Source: an uncultured Chlamydiae bacterium (GTDB lineage Bacteria; Chlamydiota; Chlamydiia; Chlamydiales; SM23-39). Taken from it: a DNA stretch of 64,000 nucleotides. How positions within the stretch are numbered: position 1 is the stretch's first letter; the number at the start of each line of letters is the position of its first letter. Position numbers and translations under genes: made by a program. Below the pieces are notes generated by a model. It had not been told where the DNA came from, did not search any database, and saw nothing but the letters and a program-made list of their open reading frames with translations. This document shows positions 43,498 through 54,673 of this stretch, piece by piece. The stretch covers positions 608,001 through 672,000 of the forward strand of contig CAVSSM010000001.1 of assembly GCA_963730605.1 (NCBI GenBank), given 5' to 3'.

Positions 43498-46176
43498 ATG
43501 CCAACGGAAGAAGAAAAAAGGCTCGATGCGGCAAGGCTGCAAAATGCCACGTGGAGGAACTGGGGTCCCTATCTGAGCGAGCGGCAATGGGGGACCGTCC
43601 GAGAAGATTACAGCGCGAACGAAGACGCGTGGAACTACTTGACCCATGACCAGGCCCGCTCCCGCGCCTACCGGTGGGGAGAGGATGGAATCGCGGGCAT
43701 CTCGGACTTCAAGCAAAGGCTCTGTTTTGCGATCGCTCTCTGGAATGGCAAAGACCCGATCTTGAAGGAGAGGCTTTTCGGCTTAAGCGGAAGCGAGGGC
43801 AACCATGGCGAAGACGTCAAAGAATACTATTTTTACCTCGATAACCTCCCAAGCCACGCCTACATGAAGATGCTCTACAAATACCCTCAAGAGGCGTTTC
43901 CCTATGAGGATTTGATCGCGGAGAATAGGAGGCGGGGACGGGGCGATTTCGAATATGAACTCTTAGATACGGGGATTTTCAATGAGGATCGATATTTCGA
44001 CGTCTTCGTCGAATATGCGAAAGCATCTGTCGATGACATGCTGATCCGGATCACTGCCCTAAACCGCGGCAACGATAGCGCGATGCTCCACCTCTTGCCG
44101 ACGCTTTGGTTTCGCAACACGTGGAGTTGGGCTAAGGATTCGCCGAAACCGATGCTTTCCCTGAAGGGGGCCGCAGCGCAAGCCGAGCATAAAGAGCTGG
44201 GATCTTATTATTTGTATGCGGAAAAGCCGAAAGTTTGGCTTTTTACCGAAAATGAGACGAACAAAAAGAGGCTTTTTAGCGTTGAAAACGAAACTCCTTA
44301 TGTCAAAGACGCGTTTCATGAATATGTCGTGCATGGCAACAAGAGCGCGGTGAACCCAGAACAGTGGGGCACCAAAGCGGCCGCCCATTTTACGATCGAG
44401 GCGCCGCCAGGGAAGGACGTTGTGGTGCGGCTCCGCTTGAGCAAAGAAGGGAATCTCAAAGATCCTTTTGGGAAGTCTTTTGGAGAGGTCTTTGCCGCGA
44501 GGCTTCAGGAAGCAGACGATTTTTATAAGGGCGTCACACCGTTTTCTCTTCCGGAGGATATGCGAAATGTCCAAAGACAAGCCTTTGCCGGCATGCTCTG
44601 GAATAAGCAGTACTATGAATACGATGTGGAGCAATGGCTAAAGGGAGATCCGGCAGAGCCGCCTCCCCCCTCGGACCGAAAGCAGGGCCGCAACAGCCAC
44701 TGGAAAATGCTGAGAGCCCAGAATATCTTCTCGATGCCGGACAATTGGGAATATCCTTGGTTTGCAGCCTGGGATTTGGCGTTCCACACGGTGACGTTTG
44801 CGCTGATCGATCCCGATTTTGCCAAGCATCAGCTCCTCCTTCTCACGAAGGAATGGATGATGCACCCTGACGGGCAGCTTCCGGCCTACGAATGGGATTT
44901 TGGCGACGTCAACCCGCCTGTTCACGCTTGGGCGGCTTTCCGAGTCTATCAGATCGAAGAAAAAAGAACGGGGCGGAGCGACAGAGCCTTCCTTGAAGAG
45001 ATCTTCCAAAAGCTCTGCCTGAATTTCACCTGGTGGGTCAACCGGAAAGACGCCGGCGGGCGGAATATTTTCGAGGGAGGGTTCCTGGGGCTCGACAATA
45101 TCGGCCCATTCGATCGGACGAAGGGTATCCCCGAAGGGGGGATGTTTCTCCAACCGGATGGGACAGGTTGGATGGGGATGTATTGCCTCAACCTCTTGCA
45201 GATCGCATTAGAGCTTGCGATCGAGGACCCGATCTATGACAGCATGGCGGCCAAGTTCTTGGAGCATTTCATCTTCATCGCAGACGCTATGAATAGCCAA
45301 GGAGAAGGGCTTTGGGATGAAGACGAAGGGTTTTACCACGGCCGTTTGATCTTGCCGGACGGACGGAACATCAAAACGCCTCAGGTGACCTTTGTCGGGG
45401 CGATCCCGCTCTTTGCGCTCGCGACCAGCGTCTCTTCCGATAAGCACCCTTTCCCCGAATACCGGAAACGGTTCCAATGGTTTATCGACCATCGGCCAGA
45501 GCTTGTCGCAAATATCGTAGAAAAGGTCGGGAAAGGGGCAAACGAGCGGATCCTCCTATGCCTTGCCGACCCGGATCAGATGCGTAAAGTATTGGAAAAA
45601 GTCCTCGACGAAGAGCAGATGTTCAGCTCGTTTGGGATCCGCTCGGTTTCGAAGAAGCTGGGCAAAGAGCCCTATGTCTTGAACCTAGACGGGAAAGAAT
45701 ACAGGCTCGATTACGAGCCGGGCGAATCGACAATCCCGATGTTCGGCGGCAATTCGAATTGGAGAGGGCCAGTCTGGTTTCCTCTGAATTTCCTCATGAT
45801 CGAATCGATCCAAAAATACCATTTTTTCCTCGGCTCCGATTTTAAGGTCGAGTGTCCCAATGCCACGGGACATAAACTCAATCTTTGGGACGTTTCACAG
45901 GAGATCTCGCGGCGGCTGATGAATATCTTTCTGAAGGATGAAAAAGGGCGGAGGCCTCTTTATGGCCGGCTAGAGAAATTCCAAACCGATCCCCACTGGA
46001 AAGACTACATACTGTTTCACGAGTATTTCCATGGAGAAAACGGCGCAGGGCTCGGCGCCTCCGCACAGACGGGCTGGACCGGGCTGATTGCCAAGCTGAT
46101 CCATCAATATGGAGAATACGTCCTCGGCCATAAATCTCCCAGCCAGATCGAAAAAAAGCACTTAGGTGTTCTCTAG
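43498..46176 (+). CDS. GH63/MGH1-like glycoside hydrolase
   Basis: WGPYLSERQWGTVREDYS, MPDNWEYPWFAAWDLAFH, GGNSNWRGPVW, EYFHG..G.GLGAS.QTGWT. Confidence 0.9.
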   Translation: MPTEEEKRLDAARLQNATWRNWGPYLSERQWGTVREDYSANEDAWNYLTHDQARSRAYRWGEDGIAGISDFKQRLCFAIALWNGKDPILKERLFGLSGSEGNHGEDVKEYYFYLDNLPSHAYMKMLYKYPQEAFPYEDLIAENRRRGRGDFEYELLDTGIFNEDRYFDVFVEYAKASVDDMLIRITALNRGNDSAMLHLLPTLWFRNTWSWAKDSPKPMLSLKGAAAQAEHKELGSYYLYAEKPKVWLFTENETNKKRLFSVENETPYVKDAFHEYVVHGNKSAVNPEQWGTKAAAHFTIEAPPGKDVVVRLRLSKEGNLKDPFGKSFGEVFAARLQEADDFYKGVTPFSLPEDMRNVQRQAFAGMLWNKQYYEYDVEQWLKGDPAEPPPPSDRKQGRNSHWKMLRAQNIFSMPDNWEYPWFAAWDLAFHTVTFALIDPDFAKHQLLLLTKEWMMHPDGQLPAYEWDFGDVNPPVHAWAAFRVYQIEEKRTGRSDRAFLEEIFQKLCLNFTWWVNRKDAGGRNIFEGGFLGLDNIGPFDRTKGIPEGGMFLQPDGTGWMGMYCLNLLQIALELAIEDPIYDSMAAKFLEHFIFIADAMNSQGEGLWDEDEGFYHGRLILPDGRNIKTPQVTFVGAIPLFALATSVSSDKHPFPEYRKRFQWFIDHRPELVANIVEKVGKGANERILLCLADPDQMRKVLEKVLDEEQMFSSFGIRSVSKKLGKEPYVLNLDGKEYRLDYEPGESTIPMFGGNSNWRGPVWFPLNFLMIESIQKYHFFLGSDFKVECPNATGHKLNLWDVSQEISRRLMNIFLKDEKGRRPLYGRLEKFQTDPHWKDYILFHEYFHGENGAGLGASAQTGWTGLIAKLIHQYGEYVLGHKSPSQIEKKHLGVL

Positions 46177-46197
46177 GGACTTCATGACCCTCTCTAG

Positions 46198-46226
46198 TTG
46201 CTCAAATAGCAAGTTCGTCGTATAAT
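46198..46226 (+). promoter_or_regulatory. sigma70-type promoter of the Fic gene (possibly leaderless)
   Basis: TTGCTC-N17-TATAAT, 6 nt before ATG 46233. Confidence 0.55.
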
Positions 46227-46232
46227 CGAAGG

Positions 46233-46970
46233 ATGAAGACTGATATTTTCAAAGAAATTGATTCTTTACAGAAAGAGATCAATTCTTATAGACCCTTAAA
46301 CGCTGATTTTATTAAACAGATCAAAGACTATTATAAAATTGGATTGACTTTTTCAAGCAACGCTCTAGAAGGAAATACCTTAACTGAATCAGAGACAAAA
46401 ATTGTTTTAGAGGAAGGGATCACGATCGGGGGAAAACCTCTCAAAGACCATCTTGAAGCCATTGGACATGCCGAGGCTTACGAGTTTCTCTACACAATAG
46501 TGAATAATAAACTCGTGCAGGAAAAGGAAATTCAACAACTTCACCATCTCTTTTACTTTCGGATCGATGAAAAAAATGCAGGAAAATATAGGTCAAGCAA
46601 AGCGATCATCACCGGGTCAAAGTATCCATTGCCAAAACCTGAAAATTTATCCCTGCTGATGAAGGAGCTCATCTCTCTCATCAACAAATTCAGGATGGAA
46701 CATCATCCCGTCAAAGCGGCTGCTCTAGCGCATAAGGAGTTTGTTTTTATCCACCCATTCATTGACGGAAATGGTCGAACCGGCAGACTTCTCATGAATG
46801 TGATTTTGCTCCAGGAAGGGTATAATATTGCGATCATCCCACCCATCACAAGAAGAGAGTATATCGAGGCTTTAGAACAAGCCCATATCAACGACCAAGA
46901 CTTCATCTCTTTCATTGCCCGCATGGTAAGAGAAACCCAAAAAGATTACCTTAGATTGTTTCTTAAGTAA
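46233..46970 (+). CDS. Class II Fic-domain protein
   Basis: HPFIDGNGRTGR catalytic motif and N-terminal SNALEGN inhibitory motif. Confidence 0.93.
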   Translation: MKTDIFKEIDSLQKEINSYRPLNADFIKQIKDYYKIGLTFSSNALEGNTLTESETKIVLEEGITIGGKPLKDHLEAIGHAEAYEFLYTIVNNKLVQEKEIQQLHHLFYFRIDEKNAGKYRSSKAIITGSKYPLPKPENLSLLMKELISLINKFRMEHHPVKAAALAHKEFVFIHPFIDGNGRTGRLLMNVILLQEGYNIAIIPPITRREYIEALEQAHINDQDFISFIARMVRETQKDYLRLFLK

Positions 46971-46982
46971 TTAAAGCGATTT

Positions 46983-47285
46983 CTAGGAAAGGGCAAGCGT
47001 TTCTTCATCGATCGGGTAGGCCTCGTCTCCAGCGTGGATGATAAGCCCTGGCATGATCTTCAACTTAGGGTACGTTTTGCGAAAAGAGGCAATCGATGAG
47101 GCATCTGAGCGATTGGGTTTTGCCTTGCACTTGACCTCTATTGGAAAAAACATCCCGTCCCGTTCTAGGAGTAGATCCAGCTCAGCGCCGCCATGGGATC
47201 GCCAATGATACATGTTCGCCTCCGATGTGGTGGCAAAAAGACTTTGGATAACATTCATGACCCATGTTTCAAAAAGGGCGCCCAT
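46983..47285 (-). pseudogene. C-terminal fragment of a DUF4143-containing AAA ATPase
   Basis: GALFETWV, YHWRS.GG.ELDL, PIEVK; the N-terminal ATPase part is missing. Confidence 0.7.
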
Positions 47286-47429
47286 TTGGATTAAAGAGTC
47301 TTATGACATAACCTGTTTCGCGTTGTGCTCGTTTTCTGAAGGAAAATGAGTACAACGGGAATGGCTCGCTTAAGATTCCCTTCTGAAAAATCAAAGAATT
47401 TGTTAAAGTGGCTTAGCATCATCATTATC

Positions 47430-48335
47430 ATGTTCGAGTCGATCCTGGGAAATGAGCCGATCAAGGCTTACCTCCGCAAAGCTATTCTCGAAGAGCGCCT
47501 TCCCCATGCACTTCTATTCACGGGGCCGGACGGCGTCGGAAAAAGCCTTTTTGCGAGAGATTTGGCGATCCATTTGCTGGGAAGCCCAGCGAGAGTGGCA
47601 GCGGAGAACCATCCCGATTTTCACGTCATTCGACCGGAAGGGAAAAGCGGGCAGCATGCGATCGAGACGCTCCGCCGTATGATCGACGATGTGCATGCGT
47701 CCCCTTTCGAGGCAAAAGCCAAGGTTTTCCTCATCCACGACGCCCACCGGATGCAGCCAACGGCCGCGAACGCGCTTCTAAAGACGCTCGAAGAGCCCTC
47801 TTCCGATACGATCCTCATCCTCTTGACGAACGCGCCGCAAGAGATCTTGCCGACGATCGCGTCTCGCTGCAGCCTCCTCCGCTTTCAGCTTTTGTCCGAG
47901 AATGAAATCGGATCCCTTCTCACAGCAAAAGGGCTTCAGGACCATTTTGCGAAAAGGTCCCACGGCTCAGCCGGCAAGGCGTTCGATCTTGCAGTAAAGG
48001 CGCCGGTGGAAGATGCGCTCTTTCGCCTCCTTTCCGAAAAAAAGAGCTATCCGGAGTTATGCTTTGCTCTCGAGGAGATTGAGAAGGAAATCGAAGACGA
48101 GGACCCGGTCAAACACGCTTCCCATGTGGAGCACATTTTTGCCGCTGTGCTCATGTGGCACCGCGACCAAGTGGCAAGAAGCTGCGGGGCGTCCCTTTTT
48201 TTTCCCGATGCGCCAAAGCCGATGTATCCGCTCCCATCTTTACCTGAAATAGAGTGCCTCGTCGACGAGGCGAGATTAGCGGTTTCCCGGAACATCCGCC
48301 TTTCCGTTTGCCTCGAGCAAATTTTTCCTATTTGA
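47430..48335 (+). CDS. holB: DNA polymerase III delta-prime subunit
   Basis: HALLFTGPDGVGKS, HPDF, AANALLKTLEEP, LPTIASRC. Confidence 0.92.
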   Translation: MFESILGNEPIKAYLRKAILEERLPHALLFTGPDGVGKSLFARDLAIHLLGSPARVAAENHPDFHVIRPEGKSGQHAIETLRRMIDDVHASPFEAKAKVFLIHDAHRMQPTAANALLKTLEEPSSDTILILLTNAPQEILPTIASRCSLLRFQLLSENEIGSLLTAKGLQDHFAKRSHGSAGKAFDLAVKAPVEDALFRLLSEKKSYPELCFALEEIEKEIEDEDPVKHASHVEHIFAAVLMWHRDQVARSCGASLFFPDAPKPMYPLPSLPEIECLVDEARLAVSRNIRLSVCLEQIFPI

Positions 48336-48382
48336 TAACTTTTATGGTCGGGCACTAGTATGAGGTTTTTGGTGCATAAAGC

Positions 48383-51300
48383 GTGCGAACCTCTCCATTT
48401 TTGCAAGTTTTGATCGCATTGGCAGCTCTTCCTGCCTATGCAACCACCTGGTCGGTGACTTCGAATTCTGATAACGAATCGCTAACCACAGGGACTCATG
48501 CAGGAAGCCTCCCCTGGTGCATTTTGAACGCAGCCGCTGGAGATACGATTGACTGTCATGCGATCTCTCCGACTACTACCATTACGCTTACCAAATCATT
48601 GCCGGCTCTTCCCGTATCGCTGACCATCACGGGCGATGGCATGAATGTCAATGTGGTTACGATTACAGGAGGGGGATTTGCAGCCTTTCAGACGGCCGCC
48701 GGTACTTCTATCATATCGCGTTTTACCTTAACGGGTTGCGCATCGACGGGAGGGGCGGGCGGTAGCGGAACCTATGGCGGCGGCGGCGGCGCGGGCGGCG
48801 GCGGCGGGCTTTATCTCCACAAGGGAACCAACGTAACGATCAATACCATCGTCTTTAACACGAACATGGCGACCGGTGGCGCCGGTGGCGCCGCGGGAGC
48901 GAACGGCAGCGGCGGCGGCGGCGGCGGATTTGGGGGCGGCGCTGGAGGAGCCTCGGCCGCTACGACGGGAGGAGGAGGAGGAGGAGGTTTTAGCAATGGG
49001 GGGCCCGGAGGAGCGGGGACAGTCGCCGGCACTACAGGCACATTCTTAGGGGGAGGCGGTGGCGGCGGCGGCAACGCGGCGGGCAACGGCGCAAATAATC
49101 AAGGAACGCTGAACCCTGCCAATAAATTTGCCGGAGGGACTTCTGCTGCCGGAGTTGGCGGCGGAGGCGGCGCGGGGGACGCAGCCGCAGGGGGCAATGG
49201 CAGCTCGACGAATGGAGGAAATGGGGGAGTAGGGATTGGATCCGATTCGAATTTCGGCGGCGGGGGAGGCGGCGGCGGGGGAGCCGCGGGAGGACCGGGG
49301 GGAGCCGGAGTGGGCGGCGGCGGCGGGGGGGGAGGAGCGGTGACGGGCGGATCAGGGGGAAGCTCCACTTTTGGCGGGGGGGGCGGCGGCGGAACCGCTC
49401 CAGGAAACGGGGGATTCGGCGGCGGCGGCGGCGGCGGCGTCACGGCGGGGGTCACAGCGTTCGGGGGAGGCTCTGGAGGAGCAGGGACAACCGCGGGGGG
49501 CGGGGGCGGCGCTGGAATGGGGGGCGCTATTTTCGTCGGCAATACTGCAATATTACAAGTCAATGACGGGATGTCGTTTGCTGGAAATACAGCCATGGGC
49601 GGCGCTGCGGGAGCGGGCGGGGGCGCCGCAGTGGGTACGGGATATGGCCCTGACCTATTTCTTCAATCGGGAGGGACCGTCAATTTCGTCTTGATGTCTG
49701 CCAACCTGACGATCTCGACTGCGATCCAAAGCGATAACGGACTTGGCGGCGGCACGGGGGGCGGCATCACCTTAAGAGGCACGAAAACATTGATCCTATC
49801 CGGAGCCAATACCTACACAGGAGGGACAACAATCACCTCCGGGACGCTGCAAATCAATAGCGACCAGGCTCTCGGCAGCAGTTTGTATGGCCTTACGATC
49901 GCAAACGGGACTCTTCAGACAACAATGGCTTTGACAACGGCCCGCCCGATTACTTTAACTGGGGCAGCGAACCTGGATACCCAAGGATACCCTGTCACTC
50001 TCTCCGGCAATCTGACGGGGAGCGGATCTTTCACCGTGTTAAGTTCCATGGGCGGCGGCTCGACGGTCACTTTATCCGGAGCCAATACTTACAGCGGAGG
50101 GACCACGGTCGGAGCCACCATGACTCTGACAGGGACGACGACCTCTCTCCAAGGCAATATCGCCCTTGCGGCCACAACTTCCACTTTGACATTCAACCAG
50201 ACGAGTAACGGCACCTACAGCGGCAGTATAAGTGGCGCCGGCAACTTGAACATCATAGGCGGCAGCGGCACGGTGCAAATCACCGGGAGCAGTCCAGGTT
50301 TTACGGGGCCTGTCATGATCGCCTCTGGCAACACTCTGCAAATAGACGGATCGCTGCAGAACAGCTCCCTTGTGACCGTCCCCTCCGGGGCGGCTTTAAC
50401 TGGGACCGGCACCGTTGGACCCACACAAAATTCGGGGACGATCAGTCCAGGCGATAGCGGCGGGACGGGAACGATCAGTATGAACGGTACTCTAACCCTA
50501 ATGGCCAGCTCGCAGCTCCAAATTGCAGTGCCTCCGAGCGGCCAGAGCGGCTTAGTAGCGGTAGCAGGCACGGCTGCCCTTAACGGGTCGGTCCTTTTCA
50601 ACACCTCATCGGGCGGTTTTTTCGGATTCAGCAAAAGCTATCTTTTCCTCTCTTCCGCCGGGCTTGGCGGCACGACCTTTTCCAGCTTCTCGTTCACGAA
50701 TCCTTCTTTCATGGGCACTGTTACCTATAGCGCTACAGACGCCTTTCTTATCTTGACGAACGCCGCGCCGTTTGCCGGCTTTCAATTCTACACCGCAAAT
50801 GAGCGGCATGTCGGCAACTATTTAGACGCGTTGAATGCCGCCGGGGTCATCAATCCTGCTCTTGCCGACATCGTCAATTCGATGGACGGCTTCACCACCG
50901 CACAGGTGAACGACGCCCTCGACCAAATGCATCCGGCGATTTACAGCGCTTTAATCGGCGGGCTCCAACCGTCGGTCGGCGGACAGCTTCTTTCGCTCTT
51001 TCATCGGCGTCCCTATCTTCCCTGCGGATGCTGTCCTCAAACTGTCCGCCTCTGGGCCACTCCCATGGGCAACTGGCTAAGAGAGGGAAACCTGGGAGAA
51101 CAGACGGCTTATGTTGCCCAGACTCGCGGCGTCTGCCTCGGCTTCGACGGGGCCATTGGAGAAAATTGGAGTCTTGGAATCGGAGCAGCATGGAATGAGG
51201 CCTCCCTCCTTTGGCAGAGGAACCGCGGCACCGGAACCGTCCATAAATATCTCGCGGCGCTTTATTCCGATTTTTTCATGGAATGCCTCTACATGCAGGC

Positions 51301-51898
51301 TTTCTACTGCGGCTTTTCCGCGTATGGCGGAGTAGACCGCAATCGTATCGCGCGCCATATTGAATTCTCCACGAATAACCTCCACGCAAAGGGCCATTTC
51401 TCTTCCCTCGATTTCGGGGGACAAGTATCTACCGCTTATCTTTTCGGATCGCCCTATTGCTTCCTCTATCCTTACGCCAACGGCGATTTTTTCTTCTTCC
51501 GGGGGGGGGGAATTTCTGAAACGGGAGCGGACGCTCTCAACCTGAACATCAATTCCCATGTGAGCAGCACGGTGAGATGCGAAGCAGGGCTCGGACTCCA
51601 GGTTCAAGATGCGAACTGGGCCGAGACGGTCTGCGTCTCTCCAATGTTCGAACTAGGTTGGGCCATAGAGCTTCCAATCAACCGCCCGGCCTACCATTCC
51701 CGCTTTGCCGGAGAGCCTTTCGGATTCGAGGCCAAAGGATGGGACCATACCTTCCAGATGTTCACGGTTGACGCAGGGCTCAAAATCACCATCTACAGCT
51801 TTACCTTGTCGGGGGAATATCGGACCGAAATGGCCCTCGACGGCCGGGACAATTTCTGGGATCAGCGAGGCAACCTCACTTTGGGATACGCGTGGTGA
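48383..51898 (+). CDS. Autotransporter with a Gly-rich passenger
   Basis: Signal peptide, poly-Gly tracts, LSGANTYTGGTTI repeats, C-terminal beta-barrel ending in YAW. Confidence 0.88.
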   Translation: MRTSPFLQVLIALAALPAYATTWSVTSNSDNESLTTGTHAGSLPWCILNAAAGDTIDCHAISPTTTITLTKSLPALPVSLTITGDGMNVNVVTITGGGFAAFQTAAGTSIISRFTLTGCASTGGAGGSGTYGGGGGAGGGGGLYLHKGTNVTINTIVFNTNMATGGAGGAAGANGSGGGGGGFGGGAGGASAATTGGGGGGGFSNGGPGGAGTVAGTTGTFLGGGGGGGGNAAGNGANNQGTLNPANKFAGGTSAAGVGGGGGAGDAAAGGNGSSTNGGNGGVGIGSDSNFGGGGGGGGGAAGGPGGAGVGGGGGGGGAVTGGSGGSSTFGGGGGGGTAPGNGGFGGGGGGGVTAGVTAFGGGSGGAGTTAGGGGGAGMGGAIFVGNTAILQVNDGMSFAGNTAMGGAAGAGGGAAVGTGYGPDLFLQSGGTVNFVLMSANLTISTAIQSDNGLGGGTGGGITLRGTKTLILSGANTYTGGTTITSGTLQINSDQALGSSLYGLTIANGTLQTTMALTTARPITLTGAANLDTQGYPVTLSGNLTGSGSFTVLSSMGGGSTVTLSGANTYSGGTTVGATMTLTGTTTSLQGNIALAATTSTLTFNQTSNGTYSGSISGAGNLNIIGGSGTVQITGSSPGFTGPVMIASGNTLQIDGSLQNSSLVTVPSGAALTGTGTVGPTQNSGTISPGDSGGTGTISMNGTLTLMASSQLQIAVPPSGQSGLVAVAGTAALNGSVLFNTSSGGFFGFSKSYLFLSSAGLGGTTFSSFSFTNPSFMGTVTYSATDAFLILTNAAPFAGFQFYTANERHVGNYLDALNAAGVINPALADIVNSMDGFTTAQVNDALDQMHPAIYSALIGGLQPSVGGQLLSLFHRRPYLPCGCCPQTVRLWATPMGNWLREGNLGEQTAYVAQTRGVCLGFDGAIGENWSLGIGAAWNEASLLWQRNRGTGTVHKYLAALYSDFFMECLYMQAFYCGFSAYGGVDRNRIARHIEFSTNNLHAKGHFSSLDFGGQVSTAYLFGSPYCFLYPYANGDFFFFRGGGISETGADALNLNINSHVSSTVRCEAGLGLQVQDANWAETVCVSPMFELGWAIELPINRPAYHSRFAGEPFGFEAKGWDHTFQMFTVDAGLKITIYSFTLSGEYRTEMALDGRDNFWDQRGNLTLGYAW

Positions 51899-51900
51899 GA

Positions 51901-52815
51901 TTAAATCAACTTGCCGGACCAGCCGAGTTTTTTGCGCAGTGTCGAAAAGTATTCGTGTCTGTGGAGGTTGACGATTTTGAAGGGTTGGATGGAGCGTTGG
52001 ATGGAGACGGAGTCGCCGCTTTTGAGGGGCATGGCGTCGAGGCCGTCGGCGCGCACGTCGATGGGATCGTAGGGGGAGGCGTACCGGATTTCGATTTTCC
52101 GGTCGGCGGTGAGGACGATCGGGCGGTTGGAAATCGTGTGTGGGCAGATGGGGGTGATAACGATGGCGTCGAGGGTAGGGGCTAGGATGGGCCCTCCAGC
52201 TGCGAGCGAATAGGCGGTGGATCCGGTGGGGGTGGCGACGATGATTCCGTCGGCGAGGAAGGTGTTGATATAGACGTCGTCTACTTGGATCGCAAGTTCG
52301 ATGAGGCTGTAGTTGTTTGCGCGGTGGAAGACGATATCGTTAACGGCGCGCAGGCGTCCTCCGCGTCGCGGGGCCCCCGCCGACGCATCGTCGGAAGGGG
52401 TGGCAGAGGCGTCGAGGTCCCCGAAGACGCCTCGTCTTTGGGGTAGATTTGCTTCTAGGGCGAGACGTTTATCGACGGTATAGGCGCCGCTCAAAAGGTC
52501 GGAGAGGCTGGGGAAGATGTCGGCGGCGGGGACGTCGGCCATAAATCCAAGGTGGCCCAAGTTGATCCCGAGGATGGGAGCGTCGAGATGCGAATATTGG
52601 TGGCTGATCCTGAGAAGCGTCCCGTCGCCGCCCATGGAGATGAGGAAATTGATCTCGCTGGGATCGACGCTGGATAGGGGCGCGGCGCCGATCGATTTGG
52701 CTTTCTCATCTTCCGCGGCGACGTCGATGCCTTTCGAGACGAGGAATTCCCTGATCTGAATCGCCAGTTCAAAGGAGTGCTTTTTCTTTTCGTTCGGAAA
52801 GAGCGCTATGATCAT
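51901..52815 (-). CDS. nadK: NAD kinase with a REP-derived insert
   Basis: [39 protein letters not shown]. Confidence 0.95.
   Translation of the reverse strand: MIIALFPNEKKKHSFELAIQIREFLVSKGIDVAAEDEKAKSIGAAPLSSVDPSEINFLISMGGDGTLLRISHQYSHLDAPILGINLGHLGFMADVPAADIFPSLSDLLSGAYTVDKRLALEANLPQRRGVFGDLDASATPSDDASAGAPRRGGRLRAVNDIVFHRANNYSLIELAIQVDDVYINTFLADGIIVATPTGSTAYSLAAGGPILAPTLDAIVITPICPHTISNRPIVLTADRKIEIRYASPYDPIDVRADGLDAMPLKSGDSVSIQRSIQPFKIVNLHRHEYFSTLRKKLGWSGKLI
52370..52443. repeat. Two degenerate REP-like hairpins inside nadK
   Basis: GGGGCCCCCGCCGACGCATCGTCGG and CCCCGAAGACGCCTCGTCTTTGGGG. Confidence 0.72.
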
Positions 52816-54673
52816 GAAAGGAAAACTCCTGCAAAAGCCTTGCCGCGATTGATTCGGCGTCCAAGCCTAATTCTCGCATAAGTTCGGGATTGCTGCCAAA
52901 TTGAACCCAGGTATCGGGGATGCCGATGTTCACAACTTCGACCTCCCTATGGCCGTTTTGGATCAGGAAGTTGTTGAATATCATCCCTAAGCCGCCATTC
53001 AGGGCATGCTCTTCGATGGTCGCGGCAAAACGGTGGGTGGCGAGAAGCTCTGTTAAGATTGCCGTGTCGAGAGGTTTTACGAAAACGGGATCGACGACCG
53101 TGGCGACGATCCCTTTGGGTTGGAGGAGGTCTCTGACTTTTAAGGCTGTTTGACATGTGTGGCCGAGGGCGATGAGAAGGAGGTCATTCCCGCGCGCGAG
53201 GATTTCTGCTTGGCCCGGGCGGCGGACCTTCAGCGGCAGGTCGGACTCTTCCGTCTCGAGATTGGGATAGCGGATCGCAGAGGGCTTGCCCCAGCCGAAA
53301 CTGCTCTCGAGGAGTTCTTTTAAGATGTGGCCGTCGCGCGGCTGGGCGATGATCATGTTCGGCATCGCGTTGAGAAAGCTTATATCGTAAATGCCATGAT
53401 GGGTGCTTCCGTCAGGACCGGAGATGAAAGAGCGGTCGAGGGCGAAAACGACCGGCAGCTCCTGCATGCAGACGTCTTGGAAGAGGTTGTCCAACGCTCT
53501 TTGGAGGAAGGTCGCGTAGATGCAGACGACGACCCGCTTTTTACTCTTGTAGGAAAGCCCGCCAGCGAAGGTGACGGCATGTCCTTCTGCGATGCCGACA
53601 TCAAGACACCGCTCTGGATAGCGGAGCATAAAATCGTCGAGACATGATCCGGCCGGCATCGCAGGGGTGATGCAGACGAGATCGGGGTCGCGCTCTGCCA
53701 TTTTCAGAATGTGGCGGCCGAAGATTTTGGGGAAGGTTGGCTTAGTGGAAGGGGAGGGGAGGATCTTGCCGCTGCAAAGGTCGAACGGCCGAACGCCATG
53801 GTAGGGAGTGGGGTTGGCGATCGCGATCGGCATCCCTTTTCCTTTGACGGTCATCACGTGGAGAAGAACAGGGCGGGTAGCTTCGCGTAAATTCTCCAAG
53901 GTGCGGACAAGAGTTTGGATATGATGGCCGTCGATCGGACCTACGTAGGAGAGGCCGAACTCTTCAAAGAAGGGGGCCGGGCTGACTAGGTTTTTTATCG
54001 ATTCCGTGATTTTTTTTCCCAAATGCTCAAGGGTCGATCCATAACCTGGGATTTTGGAAAGAAGTTCCTGAATTTCCGAATAGACGCGGTTGGCAAGAGG
54101 ATTGCTGAGAAGGCGGCTTAAAATGTTTTTAATGTTGCCAACGTTTTTGGAGATGGACATTGCGTTGTCATTGAGGATGGCGATGAACCGGGGCAGATGT
54201 TTGGGCACGTTGTTGAGGGCTTCCAAGGTCAGTCCGCAGGTGAGAGAGGCGTCTCCGATGATCGGGATCACGTGCTCTTCTCCTAGCGTTAGATCGCGGG
54301 CTTTGGCTACTCCCAGAGCGAGAGAAAAAGCTGTCCCGGCATGTCCGGCGAAAAAATGGTCGTGTTCCGATTCTTTAGGGTGGGTAAATCCGCAGAGCCC
54401 CTTGTATTTACGGATCTTGTCGAAGCGGCTGTTGCGGCCCGTTAGGAGCTTATGGGTATAGGATTGGTGGCTGACGTCGAAGATGAATTTATCGCGGGGA
54501 GAATCGAAAACCCTGTGGAGGGCGATCGTCAGTTCCACCATGCCAAGATTGGAAGAGAGGTGGCCTCCATTGACCGAGAGCACCTCGATGATCCGGCTGC
54601 GGATCTCCTTGGCGAGCTCATCGAGCTCAGCCCAAGAAAAATTCTTTAGCTCCGATGGACAATCCGTGATCAA
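52769..54673 (-). CDS. dxs: 1-deoxy-D-xylulose-5-phosphate synthase
   Basis: [43 protein letters not shown]. Confidence 0.96.
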   Translation of the reverse strand: MITDCPSELKNFSWAELDELAKEIRSRIIEVLSVNGGHLSSNLGMVELTIALHRVFDSPRDKFIFDVSHQSYTHKLLTGRNSRFDKIRKYKGLCGFTHPKESEHDHFFAGHAGTAFSLALGVAKARDLTLGEEHVIPIIGDASLTCGLTLEALNNVPKHLPRFIAILNDNAMSISKNVGNIKNILSRLLSNPLANRVYSEIQELLSKIPGYGSTLEHLGKKITESIKNLVSPAPFFEEFGLSYVGPIDGHHIQTLVRTLENLREATRPVLLHVMTVKGKGMPIAIANPTPYHGVRPFDLCSGKILPSPSTKPTFPKIFGRHILKMAERDPDLVCITPAMPAGSCLDDFMLRYPERCLDVGIAEGHAVTFAGGLSYKSKKRVVVCIYATFLQRALDNLFQDVCMQELPVVFALDRSFISGPDGSTHHGIYDISFLNAMPNMIIAQPRDGHILKELLESSFGWGKPSAIRYPNLETEESDLPLKVRRPGQAEILARGNDLLLIALGHTCQTALKVRDLLQPKGIVATVVDPVFVKPLDTAILTELLATHRFAATIEEHALNGGLGMIFNNFLIQNGHREVEVVNIGIPDTWVQFGSNPELMRELGLDAESIAARLLQEFSFHDHSALSERKEKALL

